Assembly: GCA_964016885.1 (NCBI GenBank)
Contig: OZ024743.1
Location: 136,400,001-136,464,000 of the forward strand
Source of the DNA: Eledone cirrhosa
Lineage: Eukaryota
Length of the DNA stretch: 64,000 bases
Reading direction: 5' to 3'
This document shows positions 1 through 11,270 of this stretch, one piece after another (position 1 is the first letter of the stretch; every line of letters begins with the position of its first letter). The notes beneath the pieces were generated by a model. It ran no database searches and was not told where the DNA came from. It saw only the letters and a program-made list of their open reading frames with translations. Made by a program: the position numbers and the translations under genes.

Positions 1-985
1 GGTGCTTGCTGCTTGGTGCTTGGTGTTTGGTGCTTGGTGCTTGGTGATTAGTGTTTGGTGATTGGTGCTTGGGGTTTGGTGTTTGGTGCTTGGTGTTTGG
101 TGCTTGGTGCTTGCTGTTTGGTGTTTGGTGTTTGGTTCTTGGTGCTTGGTGTTTGGTGTTTGGTGTTTGGTGCTTGGTGCTTGGTGCTTGGTGTTTGGTG
201 CTTGGTGCTTGGTGCTTGGTGTTTGGTGCTGCGTGCTTGGTGTTTGGTGTTTGGTGCTTGGTGCCTGGGGCTTGTTGTTTGGTGTTTGGTGCTTAGTGCT
301 TGGTGTTTGGTGTTTGGTGCTTGGTGCTTGGTGGCTGGTGCTTGGTGCTTGGTGTTTGGAGTTTGGTGCTTGGTGCTTGGTGTCTGGTGTTTCGTGCTTG
401 GTGCTTGGTGCTTGGTGTTTGGTGTTTGGTGCTTGGTGTTTGGTGCTTGGTGTTTGGTGCTTGGTTCTTGGTGCTTGGTGTTAGGTGTTTGGTGCTTGGT
501 GCTTGGTGTTTGATGTTTGGTCCTTGGTGCTTGTTGTTTGGTGTTTGGTGCTTGGTGCTTGGTGTTTGGTGTTTGGTGCTTGCTGCTTGCTGCTTGGTGT
601 TTGGTGCTTGGTGATTGGTGCTTGGTGTTTTATGCTTGGTGCTTGGTGTTTGGTGTTTGGTGCTAGGGACTTGGTGCTTGATGCTTGATGTTTGGTGCTT
701 GGTGCTTGCTGTTTGGTGTTTGGTGCTTGGTGAGTGGGACTTAGTGTTTGGTGTTTGGTGCTTGGTGTTTTGTGCTTGGTGTTTGGTGCTTGGTGCTTGG
801 TGTTTGGTGTTTGGTGCTTGGTGCTTGGGGCTTGGTGTTTGGTGCTTAGTGTTTGGTGCTTGGTGTTTGGTGCTTGGTGCTTGGTGCTTGGTGTTTGGTG
901 TATGGTGTTTGGTGCTTGTTGTTTGGTGCTTGGTGCTTGGTGATTAGTGTTTGGTGCTTGGTGCTTGCGGTTTGGTGTTTGGTGC
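1..985 (+). repeat. ~1 kb segment duplicated at ~8274-9258 (offset 8,273); a related copy at ~5936-6860 lacks 63 bp
   Basis: ORFs at 51/55/62/300/485/615/734 recur with identical translations at 8324/8328/8335/8573/8758/8888/9007. The rare marker GGTGAGT-GGGACTT-AGTGTTT occurs at ~729 and ~9002. ORF 300 (104 aa) versus ORF 6235 (83 aa) differ by 21 aa = 9 monomers. Confidence 0.9.
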
Positions 986-1870
986 TTGGTGCTTGGGGCT
1001 TGGTCTTTGGTGCTTAGTGTTTGGTGCTTGGTGTTTGGTGCTTGGTGCTTGGTGCCTGGTGTTTGGTGTTTGGTGTTTGGTGCTTGGTGTTTGGTGCTTG
1101 GTGCTTGGTGCTGGGTGGTTGGTGTTTGGTGTTTGGTGCTTGGTGCTTGGTGCTTATTGTTTGGTGCTTGGTGCTTGGTGCTTGGTGCTTGGTCTTTGGT
1201 GCTTGGTGTTTGATGTTTGGTGCTTGGTGCCTGGTGTTTGGCGCTTGGTGCTTGGTGCTTGGTGTTTGGTGCTTGGTGTTTGGTGCTTGGTGATTAGTGT
1301 TTGGTGCTTGGTGCTTGGTGCCTGGTGCTTGGTGCTTGGTGCTTGATGTTTGGTGCTTGGTGCTTGGTGATTAGTGTTTGGTGCTTGGTGCTTGGTGTTT
1401 GGTGCTTGGTGCTTGGTGTTTGGTGCTTGGTGCTTTGTGTTTGGTGCTTGGTGTTTGGTGCTTGGTGCTTGGTGCTTGGTGCTTGGTGTTAGGTGTTTGG
1501 TGCTTGATGATTGGTGTTTGATGTTAGGTTCTTGGTGATTGTTGTTTGGTGTTTGGTGCTTGGTGCTTGGTGTTTGGTGTTTGGTGCTTGCTGCTTGGTG
1601 CTTGGTGTTTTGTGTTTGGATTTTGGTGCTTGGTGTTTGGTGCTTCGGTCTTGGTGTTTGGTGTTTGGTGCTTGGTGCTTGGTGTTTGGTGTTTGGTGCC
1701 TGGTGCTTGGTGTTCGGTGCTTGGTGTTTGGTGTTTGGTGATTGGTGCTTGTTGTTTGGTGCTTGGTGCTTGGTGCTTGGTGCTTGGTGTTAGGCGTTTG
1801 GTCCTTGGTGCTTGGTGTTTGTTGTTTGGTCCATTGTGCTTGGTGTTTGGTATTTTGTGCTTGGTGCTTG
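960..1870 (+). repeat. ~0.9 kb segment duplicated at ~4360-5250 (offset 3,380 over most of its length)
   Basis: ORF pairs 1301/4681, 1511/4891, 1539/4919 and 1546/4926. Shared rare variants GATGATT, GGATTTT (1618 and 4998), GGTGCTT-CGGTCTT and GGTCCAT-TGTGCTT. Confidence 0.88.
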
Positions 1871-4800
1871 GTGTTTGGTGCTTGGTGCTTGGTGTTTGGT
1901 GCTTGGTGCTTGGTGCCTGGTGTTTGGTCCTTGGTGCTTGGTGCTTGGTGCTTGGTGCTTGCTGTTTGGTGTTTGGTGTTTGGTTCTTGGTGCTTGGTGT
2001 TTGGTGTTTGGTGTTTGGTGCTTGGTGCTTGGTGCTTGGTGTTTGGTGCTTGGTGCTTGGTGATTAGTGTTTGGTGATTGGTGCTTGGGGTTTGGTGTTT
2101 GGTGCTTGGTGTTTGGTGCTTGGTGCTTGCTGTTTGGTGTTTGGTTCTTGGTGCTTGGTGTTTGGTGTTTCGTGTTTGGTGCTTGGTGCTTGGTGCTTGG
2201 TGTTTGGTGCTTGGTGCTTGGTGCTTGGTGTTTGGTGCTGCATGCTTGGTGTTTGGTGCTTGGTGTTTGGTGCTTGGTGCTTGGTGCTTGGTGCTTGGTG
2301 TTTGGTGATTGGTGCTTGGTGCTTGGTGCTTGGTGCTTGGTGTTAGGTGTTTGGTCCTTGGTGCTTGTTGTTTGGTGTTTTGTGCTTGGTGATTGGCGTT
2401 TGGTGTTTGGTGCTAGGGGCTTGGTGCTTGATGCTTGGTGTTTGGTGCTTGGTGCTTGCTGTTTGGTGTTTGGTGCTTGGTGCCTGGGGCTTGTTGTTTG
2501 GTGTTTGGTGCTTAGTGCTTGGTGTTTGGTGTTTGGTGCTTGGTGCTTGGTGGCTGGTGCTTGGTGCTTGGTGTTTGGAGTTTGGTGCTTGGTGCTTGGT
2601 GCCTGGTGTTTCGTGCTTGGTGATTGGTGCTTGGTGTTTGGTGTTTGGTGTTTGGTGTTTGGTGTTTGGTACTTGGTGCTTGGTGCTTGGTGTTTGGTGC
2701 TTGGTGTTTGGTGATTGGTGCTTGGTGCTTGGTGCTTGGTGCTTGGTGTTAGGTGTTTGGTCCTTGGTGCTTGTTGTTTGGTGTTTTGTGCTTGGTGCTT
2801 GGCGTTTGGTGTTTGGTGCTAGGGGCTTGGTGCTTGATGCTTGGTGTTTGGTGCTTGGTGCTTGCTGTTTGGTGTTTGGTGCTTGGTGCGTGGGACTTAG
2901 TGTTTGGTGTTTGGTGCTTGGTGTTTGGTGCTTGGTGCTTGGTGCTTGGTGCTTGGTGTTTGGTGTTTGGTGCTTAGTGCTTGGGGCTTGGTGTTTGGTG
3001 CTTGGTGTTTGGTGTTTGGTGCTTGGTGCTTGGTGTTTGGCGCTTGGTGCTTGGTGCTTGGTGTTTGGTGCTTGGTGCTTGGTGCTTGGTGCTTGGTGAT
3101 TAGTGTTTGGTGCTTGGTGCTTGGTGCCTGGTGCTTGGTGCTTGGTGCTTGTTGTTTGGTGCTTGGTGTTTGGTGCTTGGTGCTTGGTGCTGGGTGGTTG
3201 GTGTTTGGTGTTTGGTGCTTGGTGCTTGGTGCTTATTGTTTGGTGCTTGGTGCTTGGTGCTTGGTGCTTGGTCTTTGGTGCTTGGTGTTTGGTGTTTGGT
3301 ACTTGGGGCCTGGTGTTTGGCGCTTGGTGCCTGGTGCTTGGTGTTTGGTGCTTGGTGTTTGGTGCTTGGTGATTAGTGTTTGGTGCTTGGTGCTTGGTGC
3401 CTGGTGCTTGGTGCTTGGTGCTTGATGTTTGGTGCTTGGTGCTTGGTGATTAGTGTTTGGTGCTTGGTGCTTTGGGTTTGGTGTTTGGTGCTTGGGGTTT
3501 GGTGTTTGGTGCTTGGTGCTTGGTGTTTGGTGCTTGGTGCTTGGTGTTTGGTGCTTGGTGCTTTGTGTTTGGTGCTTGGTGTTTGGTGCTTGGTGCTTGG
3601 TGCTTGGTTTTAGTGTTAGGTGTTTGGTGCTTGGTGATTGGTGTTTGATGTTAGGTTCTTGGTGCTTGGTGTTTGGTGTTTGGTGCTTGGTGCTTGGTGT
3701 TTGGTGTTTGGTGCTTGCTGCTTGGTGCTTGGTGTTTTGTGTTTGCAGTTTGGTGCTTGGTGTTTGGTGCTTCGGTCTTGGTGTTTGGTGTTTGGTGCTT
3801 GGTGCCTGGGGCTTGTTGTTTGGTGTTTGGTGCTTAGTGCTTGGTGTTTGGTGTTTGGTGCTTGGTGCTTGGTGACTGGTGCTTGGTGCTTGGTGTTTGC
3901 AGTTTGGTGCTTGGTGCTTGGTGCCTGGTGTTTCGTGCTTGGTGCTTGGTGCTTGGTGTTTGGTGTTTGGTGCTTGGTGTTTGGTGTTTGGTACTTGGTG
4001 CTTGGTGCTTGGTGTTTGGTGCTTGGTGTTTGGTGCTTGGTGCTTGGTGCTTGGTGCTTGGTGTTTGATGTTTGGTCCTTGGTGCTTGTTGTTTGGTGTT
4101 TGGTGCTTCGTGCTTGGTGTTTGGTGTTTGGTGCTTGCTGCTTGCTGCTTGGTGTTTGGTGCTTGGTGATTGGTGCTTGGTGTTTTGTGCTTGGTGCTTG
4201 GTGTTTGGTGTTTGCTGCTAGGGGCTTGGTGCTTGATGCTTGGTGTGTGGTGCTTGGTGCTTGCTGTTTGGTGTTTGGTGCTTGGTGCGTGGGACTTAGT
4301 GTTTGGTGTTTGGTGCTTGGTGTTTGGTGCTTGGTGTTTGGTGCTTGGTGCTTGGTGTTTGGTGTTTGGTGCTTGGTGCTTGGGGCTTGGTCTTTGGTGC
4401 TTAGTGTTTGGTGCTTGGTGTTTGGTGCTTGGTGCTTGGTGCCTGGTATTTGGTGTTTGGTGTTTGGTGCTTGGTGTTTGGTGCTTGGTGCTGGGTGGTT
4501 GGTGTTTGGTGTTTGGTGCTTGGTGCTTGGTGCTTATTGTTTGGTGCTTGGTGCTTGGTGCTTGGTGCTTGGTCTTTGGTGCTTGGTGTTTGGTGTTTGG
4601 TGCTTGGTGCCTGGTGTTTGGCGCTTGGTGCTTGGTGCTTGGTGTTTGGTGCTTGGTGTTTGGGGCTTGGTGATTAGTGTTTGGTGCTTGGTGCTTGGTG
4701 CCTGGTGCTTGGTGCTTGGTGCTTGATGTTTGGTGCTTGGTGCTTGGTGATTAGTGTTTGGTGCTTGGTGCTTGGTGTTTGGTGCTTGGTGCTTGGTGTT

Positions 4801-5579
4801 TGGTGCTTGGTGCTTTGTGTTTGGTGCTTGGTGTTTGGTGCTTGGTTCTTGGTGCTTGGTGCTTGGTGTTAGGTGTTTGGTGCTTGATGATTGGTGTTTG
4901 ATGTTAGGTTCTTGGTGATTGGTGTTTGGTGTTTGGTGCTTGGTGCTTGGTGTTTGGTGTTTGGTGCTTGCTGCTTGGTGCTTGGTGTTTTGTGTTTGGA
5001 TTTTGGTGCTTGGTGTTTGGTGCTTCGGTCTTGGTGTTTGGTGTTTGGTGCTTGGTGCTTGGTGTTTGGTGTTTGGTGCCTGGTGCTTGGTGTTCGGTGC
5101 TTGGTGTTTGGTGTTTGGTGATTGGTGCTTGTTGTTTGGTGCTTGGTGCTTGGTGCTTGGTGCTTGGTGTTAGGCGTTTGGTCCTTGGTGCTTGGTGTTT
5201 GTTGTTTGGTCCATTGTGCTTGGTGTTTGGTATTTTGTGCTTGGTGCTTGGTGTTTGGTGTTTGGTGCTTGGTGCTTGGTGTTTGGTGTTTGGTGCTTGC
5301 TGCTTGCTGCTTGGTGTTTGGTGCTAGGGGCTTGGTGCTTGGTGTTTCGTGTTTGGTGCTTGGTGCTTGGTGTTTGGTGTTTGGTGCTTGGTGCGTGGGA
5401 CTTGGTGTTTGGTGCTTGGTGTTTGGTGCTTGGTGTTTGGTGCTTGGTGCCTGGTGCTTGGTGTTTGGTGTTTGGTGCTTGGTGTTTGGTGCTTGTTGTT
5501 TGGTGCTTGGTGTTCGGTGCTTGGTGCTTGGTGCTTGGTGCTTGGTGTTTGGTGTTTGGTGCTTGGTGCTTGGTGTTTG

Positions 5580-8500
5580 ATGTTTGGTCCTTGGTGCTTG
5601 GTGTTTGGTGTTGTGTGCTTGGTGCTTGGTGTTTGGCGTTTGCTGTTTGCTGTTTGGTGGTTGGTGTTTGCTGTTTGGTGTTTGCTGTTTGGTGTTTGGT
5701 GTTTGGTGCTTGCTGTTTGGTGCTTGGTGCTTGGTGTTTGGTGTTTGGTGCTTGGTGTTTGGTGCTTGGTGCTTGGTGCTGGGTGTTTGGTGCTTGGTGC
5801 TTGGTGTTTGGTGCTTGGTGCTTGGTGCTTGGTGTTTGGTCCTTGGTGCTTGGTGCTTGGTCTTTGGTGCTTGGGTTTTGGTGTTTGGTGCTTGGTGCTT
5901 GGTGTTTGGTGCTTGGTGCTTGGTGCTTGGTGTTTGGTGCTTGCTGCTTGGTGCTTGGTGTTTGGTGCTTGGTGCTTGGTGATTAGTGTTTGGTGATTGG
6001 TGCTTGGGGTTTGGTGTTTGGGGCTTGGTGTTTGGTGCTTGGTGCTTGCTGTTTGGTGTTTGGTGTTTGGTTCTTGGTGCTTGGTGTTTGGTATTTGGTG
6101 TTTGGTGCTTGGTGCTTGGTGCTTGGTGTTTGGTGCTTGGTGCTTGGTGCTTGGTGTTTGGTGCTGCGTGCTTGGTGTTTGGTGTTTGGTGCTTGGTGCC
6201 TGGGGCTTGTTGTTTGGTGTTTGGTGCTTAGTGCTTGGTGTTTGGTGTTTGGTGCTTGGTGCTTGGTGGCTGGTGCTTGGTGCTTGGTGTTTGGAGTTTG
6301 GTGCTTGGTGCTTGGTGCTTGGTGTTTGGTGCTTGGTTCTTGGTGCTTGGTGTTAGGTGTTTGGTGCTTGGTGCTTGGTGTTTGATGTTTGGTCCTTGGT
6401 GCTTGTTGTTTGGTGTTTGGTGCTTGGTGCTTGGTGTTTGGTGTTTGGTGCTTGCTGCTTGCTGCTTGGTGTTTGGTGCTTGGTGATTGGTGCTTGGTGT
6501 TTTATGCTTGGTGCTTGGTGTTTGGTGTTTGGTGCTAGGGACTTGGTGCTTGATGCTTGATGTTTGGTGCTTGGTGCTTGCTGTTTGGTGTTTGGTGCTT
6601 GGTGCGTGGGACTTAGTGTTTGGTGTTTGGTGCTTGGTGTTTTGTGCTTGGTGTTTGGTGCTTGGTGCTTGGTGTTTGGTGTTTGGTGCTTGGTGCTTGG
6701 GGCTTGGTGTTTGGTGCTTAGTGTTTGGTGCTTGGTGTTTGGTGCTTGGTGCTTGGTGCTTGGTGTTTGGTGTATGGTGTTTGGTCCTTGTTGTTTGGTG
6801 CTTGGTGCTTGGTGATTAGTGTTTGGTGCTTGGTGCTTGCGGTTTGGTGTTTGGTGCTTGGGGTTTGGTGTTTGGTGCTTGGTGCTTGGTGCTTGGTCTT
6901 TGGTGCTTGGTGTTTGGTGTTTGGTGCTTGGTGCTTGGTGTTTGGCGCTTGGTGCTTGGTGCTTGGTGTTTGGTGCTTGGTGCTTGGTGATTAGTGTTTG
7001 GTGCTTGGTGCTTGGTGCCTGGTGCTTGGTGCTTGGTGCTTGTTGTTTGGTGCTTGGTGCTTGGTGATTAGTGTTTGGTGCTTGGTGCTTGGGGTTTGGT
7101 GTTTGGTGCTTGGGGTTTGGTGTTTGGTGCTTGGTGCATGGTGTTTGGTGCTTGGTGCTTGGTGTTTGGTGCTTGGTGCTTTGTGTTTGGTGCTTGGTGT
7201 TTGGTGCTTGGTGCTTGGTGCTTGGTGCTTGGTGTTAGGTGTTTGGTGCTTGGTGATTGGTGTTTGATGTTAGGTTCTTGGTGATTGGTGTTTGGTGTTT
7301 GGTGCTTGGTGCTTGGTGTTTGGTGTTTGGTGCTTGCTGCTTGGTGCTTGGTGTTTTGTGTTTGGATTTTGGTGCTTGGTGTTTGGTGCTTGGTGCTTGG
7401 TGTTTGGTGTTTGGTGCCTGGTGCTTGGTGTTTGGTGCTTGGTGTTTGGTGTTTGGTGATTGGTGCTTGGTGTTTGGTGCTTGGTGCATGGTGCTTGGTG
7501 CTTGGTGTTAGGCGTTTGGTGCTTGGTGCTTGGTGTTTGATGTTTGGTCCTTGGTGCTTGGTGTTTGGTATTTGGTGCTTGGTGCTTGGTGTTTGGTGTT
7601 TGGTGCTTGCTGCTTGCTGCTTGGTGTTTGGTGCTAGGGGCTTGGTGCTTGGTGTTTGATGTTTGGTCCTTGGTGCTTGGTGTTTGGTATTTGGTGCTTG
7701 GTGCTTGGTGTTTGGTGTTTGGTGCTTGCTGCTTGCTGCTTGGTGTTTGGTGCTAGGGGCTTGGTGTTTGGTGCTTGGTGTTTGGTGCTTGGTGTTTGGT
7801 GCTTGGTGCCTGGTGCTTGGTGTTTGGTGTTTGGTGCTTGGTGTTTGGTGCTTGGTGTTTGGTACTTGGTGTTCGGTGCTTGGTGCTTGGTGCTTGGTGT
7901 TTGGTGTTTGGTGCTTGGTGCTTGGTGCTTGGTGTTTGATGTTTGGTCCTTGGTGCTTGGTGTTTGGTGTTGTGTGCTTGGTGCTTGGTGCTTGGTGTTT
8001 GGTGCTTGGTGCTTGGTGCTTGGTGTTTGGCGTTTGCTGTTTGCTGTTTGGTGTTTGGTGTTTGCTGTTTGGTGTTTGCTGTTTGGTGTTTGGTGTTTGG
8101 TGCTTGCTGTTTGGTGCTTGGTGCTTGGTGTTTGGTGTTTGGTGCTTGGTGTTTGGTGCTTGGTGCTTGGTCCTTGGTGCTTGGTTCTTGGTGTTTGGTG
8201 CTTGGGTTTTGGTGTTTGGTGCTTGGTGCTTGGTGTTTGGTGCTTGGTGCTTGGTGCTTGGTGCTTGGTGTTTGGTGCTTGCTGCTTGGTGCTTGGTGTT
8301 TGGTGCTTGGTGCTTGGTGATTAGTGTTTGGTGATTGGTGCTTGGGGTTTGGTGTTTGGTGCTTGGTGTTTGGTGCTTGGTGCTTGCTGTTTGGTGTTTG
8401 GTGTTTGGTTCTTGGTGCTTGGTGTTTGGTGTTTGGTGTTTGGTGCTTGGTGCTTGGTGCTTGGTGTTTGGTGCTTGGTGCTTGGTGCTTGGTGTTTGGT

Positions 8501-11270
8501 GCTGCGTGCTTGGTGTTTGGTGTTTGGTGCTTGGTGCCTGGGGCTTGTTGTTTGGTGTTTGGTGCTTAGTGCTTGGTGTTTGGTGTTTGGTGCTTGGTGC
8601 TTGGTGGCTGGTGCTTGGTGCTTGGTGTTTGGAGTTTGGTGCTTGGTGCTTGGTGTCTGGTGTTTCGTGCTTGGTGCTTGGTGCTTGGTGTTTGGTGTTT
8701 GGTGCTTGGTGTTTGGTGCTTGGTGTTTGGTGCTTGGTTCTTGGTGCTTGGTGTTAGGTGTTTGGTGCTTGGTGCTTGGTGTTTGATGTTTGGTCCTTGG
8801 TGCTTGTTGTTTGGTGTTTGGTGCTTGGTGCTTGGTGTTTGGTGTTTGGTGCTTGCTGCTTGCTGCTTGGTGTTTGGTGCTTGGTGATTGGTGCTTGGTG
8901 TTTTATGCTTGGTGCTTGGTGTTTGGTGTTTGGTGCTAGGGACTTGGTGCTTGATGCTTGATGTTTGGTGCTTGGTGCTTGCTGTTTGGTGTTTGGTGCT
9001 TGGTGAGTGGGACTTAGTGTTTGGTGTTTGGTGCTTGGTGTTTTGTGCTTGGTGTTTGGTGCTTGGTGCTTGGTGTTTGGTGTTTGGTGCTTGGTGCTTG
9101 GGGCTTGGTGTTTGGTGCTTAGTGTTTGGTGCTTGGTGTTTGGTGCTTGGTGCTTGGTGCTTGGTGTTTGGTGTATGGTGTTTGGTGCTTGTTGTTTGGT
9201 GCTTGGTGCTTGGTGATTAGTGTTTGGTGCTTGGTGCTTGCGGTTTGGTGTTTGGTGCTTGGGGTTTGGTGTTTGGTGCTTGGTGCTTGGTGCTTGGTCT
9301 TTGGTGCTTGGTGTTTGGTGTTTGGTGCTTGGTGCTTGGTGTTTGGCGCTTGGTGCTTGGTGCTTGGTGTTTGGTGCTTGGTGCTTGGTGCTTGGTGATT
9401 AGTGTTTGGTGCTTGGTGCTTGGTGCCTGGTGCTTGGTGCTTGGTGCTTGTTGTTTGGTGCTTGGTGCTTGGTGATTAGTGTTTGGTGCTTGGTGCTTGG
9501 GGTTTGGTGTTTGGTGCTTGGGGTTTGGTGTTTGGTGCTTGGTGCATGGTGTTTGGTGCTTGGTGCTTGGTGTTTGGTGCTTGGTGCTTTGTGTTTGGTG
9601 CTTGGTGTTTGGTGCTTGGTGCTTGGTGCTTGGTGCTTGGTGTTAGCTGTTTGGTGCTTGGTGATTGGTGTTTGATGTTAGGTTCTTGGCGCTTGGTGTT
9701 TGGTGTTTGGTGCTTGGTGCTTGGTGTTTGGTGTTTGGTGCTTGCTGCTTGGTGCTTGGTGTTTTGTGTTTGGAGTTTGGTGCTTGGTGTTTGGTGCTTG
9801 GTGCTTGGTGTTTGGTGTTTGGTGCCTGGTGCTTGGTGTTTGGTGCTTGGTGTTTGGTGTTTGGTGTTTGGTGCCTGGTGCTTGGTGATTGGTGCATGGT
9901 GTTTGGTGCTTGGTGCATGGTGCTTGGTGCTTGGTGTTAGGCGTTTGGTGCTTGGTGCTTGGATTTTGATGTTTGGTCCTTGGTGCTTGGTGTTTGGTAT
10001 TTGGTGCTTGGTGCTTGGTGTTTGGTGCTAGGGTCTTGGTGCTTGGTGTTTGATGTTTGGTCCTTGGTGCTTGGTGTTTGGTATTTGGTGCTTGGTGCTT
10101 GGTGTTTGGTGTTTGGTGCTTGCTGCTTGCTGCTTGGTGTTTGGTGCTAGGGGCTTGGTGTTTGGTGCTTGGTGTTTGGTGCTTGGTGTTTGGTGCTTGG
10201 TGCCTGGTGCTTGGTGTTTGGTGTTTGGTGCTTGGTGTTTGGTGCTTGGTGTTTGGTACTTGGTGTTCGGTGCTTGGTGCTTGGTGCTTGGTGTTTGGTG
10301 TTTGGTGCTTGGTGCTTGGTGCTTGGTGTTTGATGTTTGGTCCTTGGTGCTTGGTGTTTGGTGTTGTGTGCTTGGTGCTTGGTGCTTGGTGTTTGGTCCT
10401 TGGTGCTTGGTGTTTGGTGTTGAGTGCTTGGTGCTTGGTGCTTGGTGTTTGGCGTTTGCTGTTTGCTGTTTGGTGTTTGGTGTTTGCTGTTTGGTGTTTG
10501 CTGTTTGGTGTTTGGTGTTTGGTGCTTGCTGTTTGGTGCTTGGTGCTTGGTGTTTGGTGTTTGGTGCTTGGTGTTTGGTGCTTGGTGCTTGGTGCTGGGT
10601 GTTTGGTGCTTGGTGCTTGGTGTTTGGTGTTTGGTGCTTGGTGCTTGGTGCTTGGTGTTTGGTCCTTGGTGCTTGGTGCTTGGTGTTTGGTGCTTGGGTT
10701 TTGGTGTTTGGTGCTTGGTGCTTGGTGTTTGGTGCTTGGTGCTTGGTGTTTGGTGCTTGGTGTTTGGTGCTTGCTGCTTGGTGCTTGGTGTTTGGTGCTT
10801 GGTGCTTGGTGATTAGTGTTTGGTGATTGGTGCTTGGGGTTTGGTGTTTGGGGCTTGGTGTTTGGTGCTTGGTGCTTGCTGTTTGGTGTTTGGTGTTTGG
10901 TTCTTGGTGCTTGGTGTTTGGTGTTTGGTGTTTGGTGCTTGGTGCTTGGTGCTTGGTGTTTGGTGCTTGGTGCTTGGTGCTTGGTGTTTGGTGCTGCGGG
11001 CTTGGTGTTTGGTGTTTGGTGCTTGGTGCCTGGTGCTTGTTGTTTGGTGTTTGGTGCTTAGTGCTTGGTGTTTGGTGTTTGGTGCTTGGTGCTTGGTGGC
11101 TGGTGTTTGGTGCTTGGTGTTTGGAGTTCGGTGCTTGGTGCTTGGTGCCTGGTGTTTCGTGCTTGGTGCTTGGTGCTTGGTGTTTGGTGTTTGGTGCTTG
11201 GTGTTTGGTGTTTGGTACTTGGTGCTTGGTGCTTGGTGCTTGGTGTTTGGTGCTTGGTGTTTGATGTTGC
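5580..11270 (+). repeat. Imperfect tandem higher-order repeat with period ~2.3-2.5 kb (landmarks at 5978, 8316, 10808)
   Basis: The landmark GGTGATT-AGTGTTT-GGTGATT recurs at offsets 2,338 and 2,492, both multiples of 7. ORF pairs 6819/9220, 6998/9406 and 7656/10050 are near-identical apart from whole-monomer indels. Confidence 0.8.
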
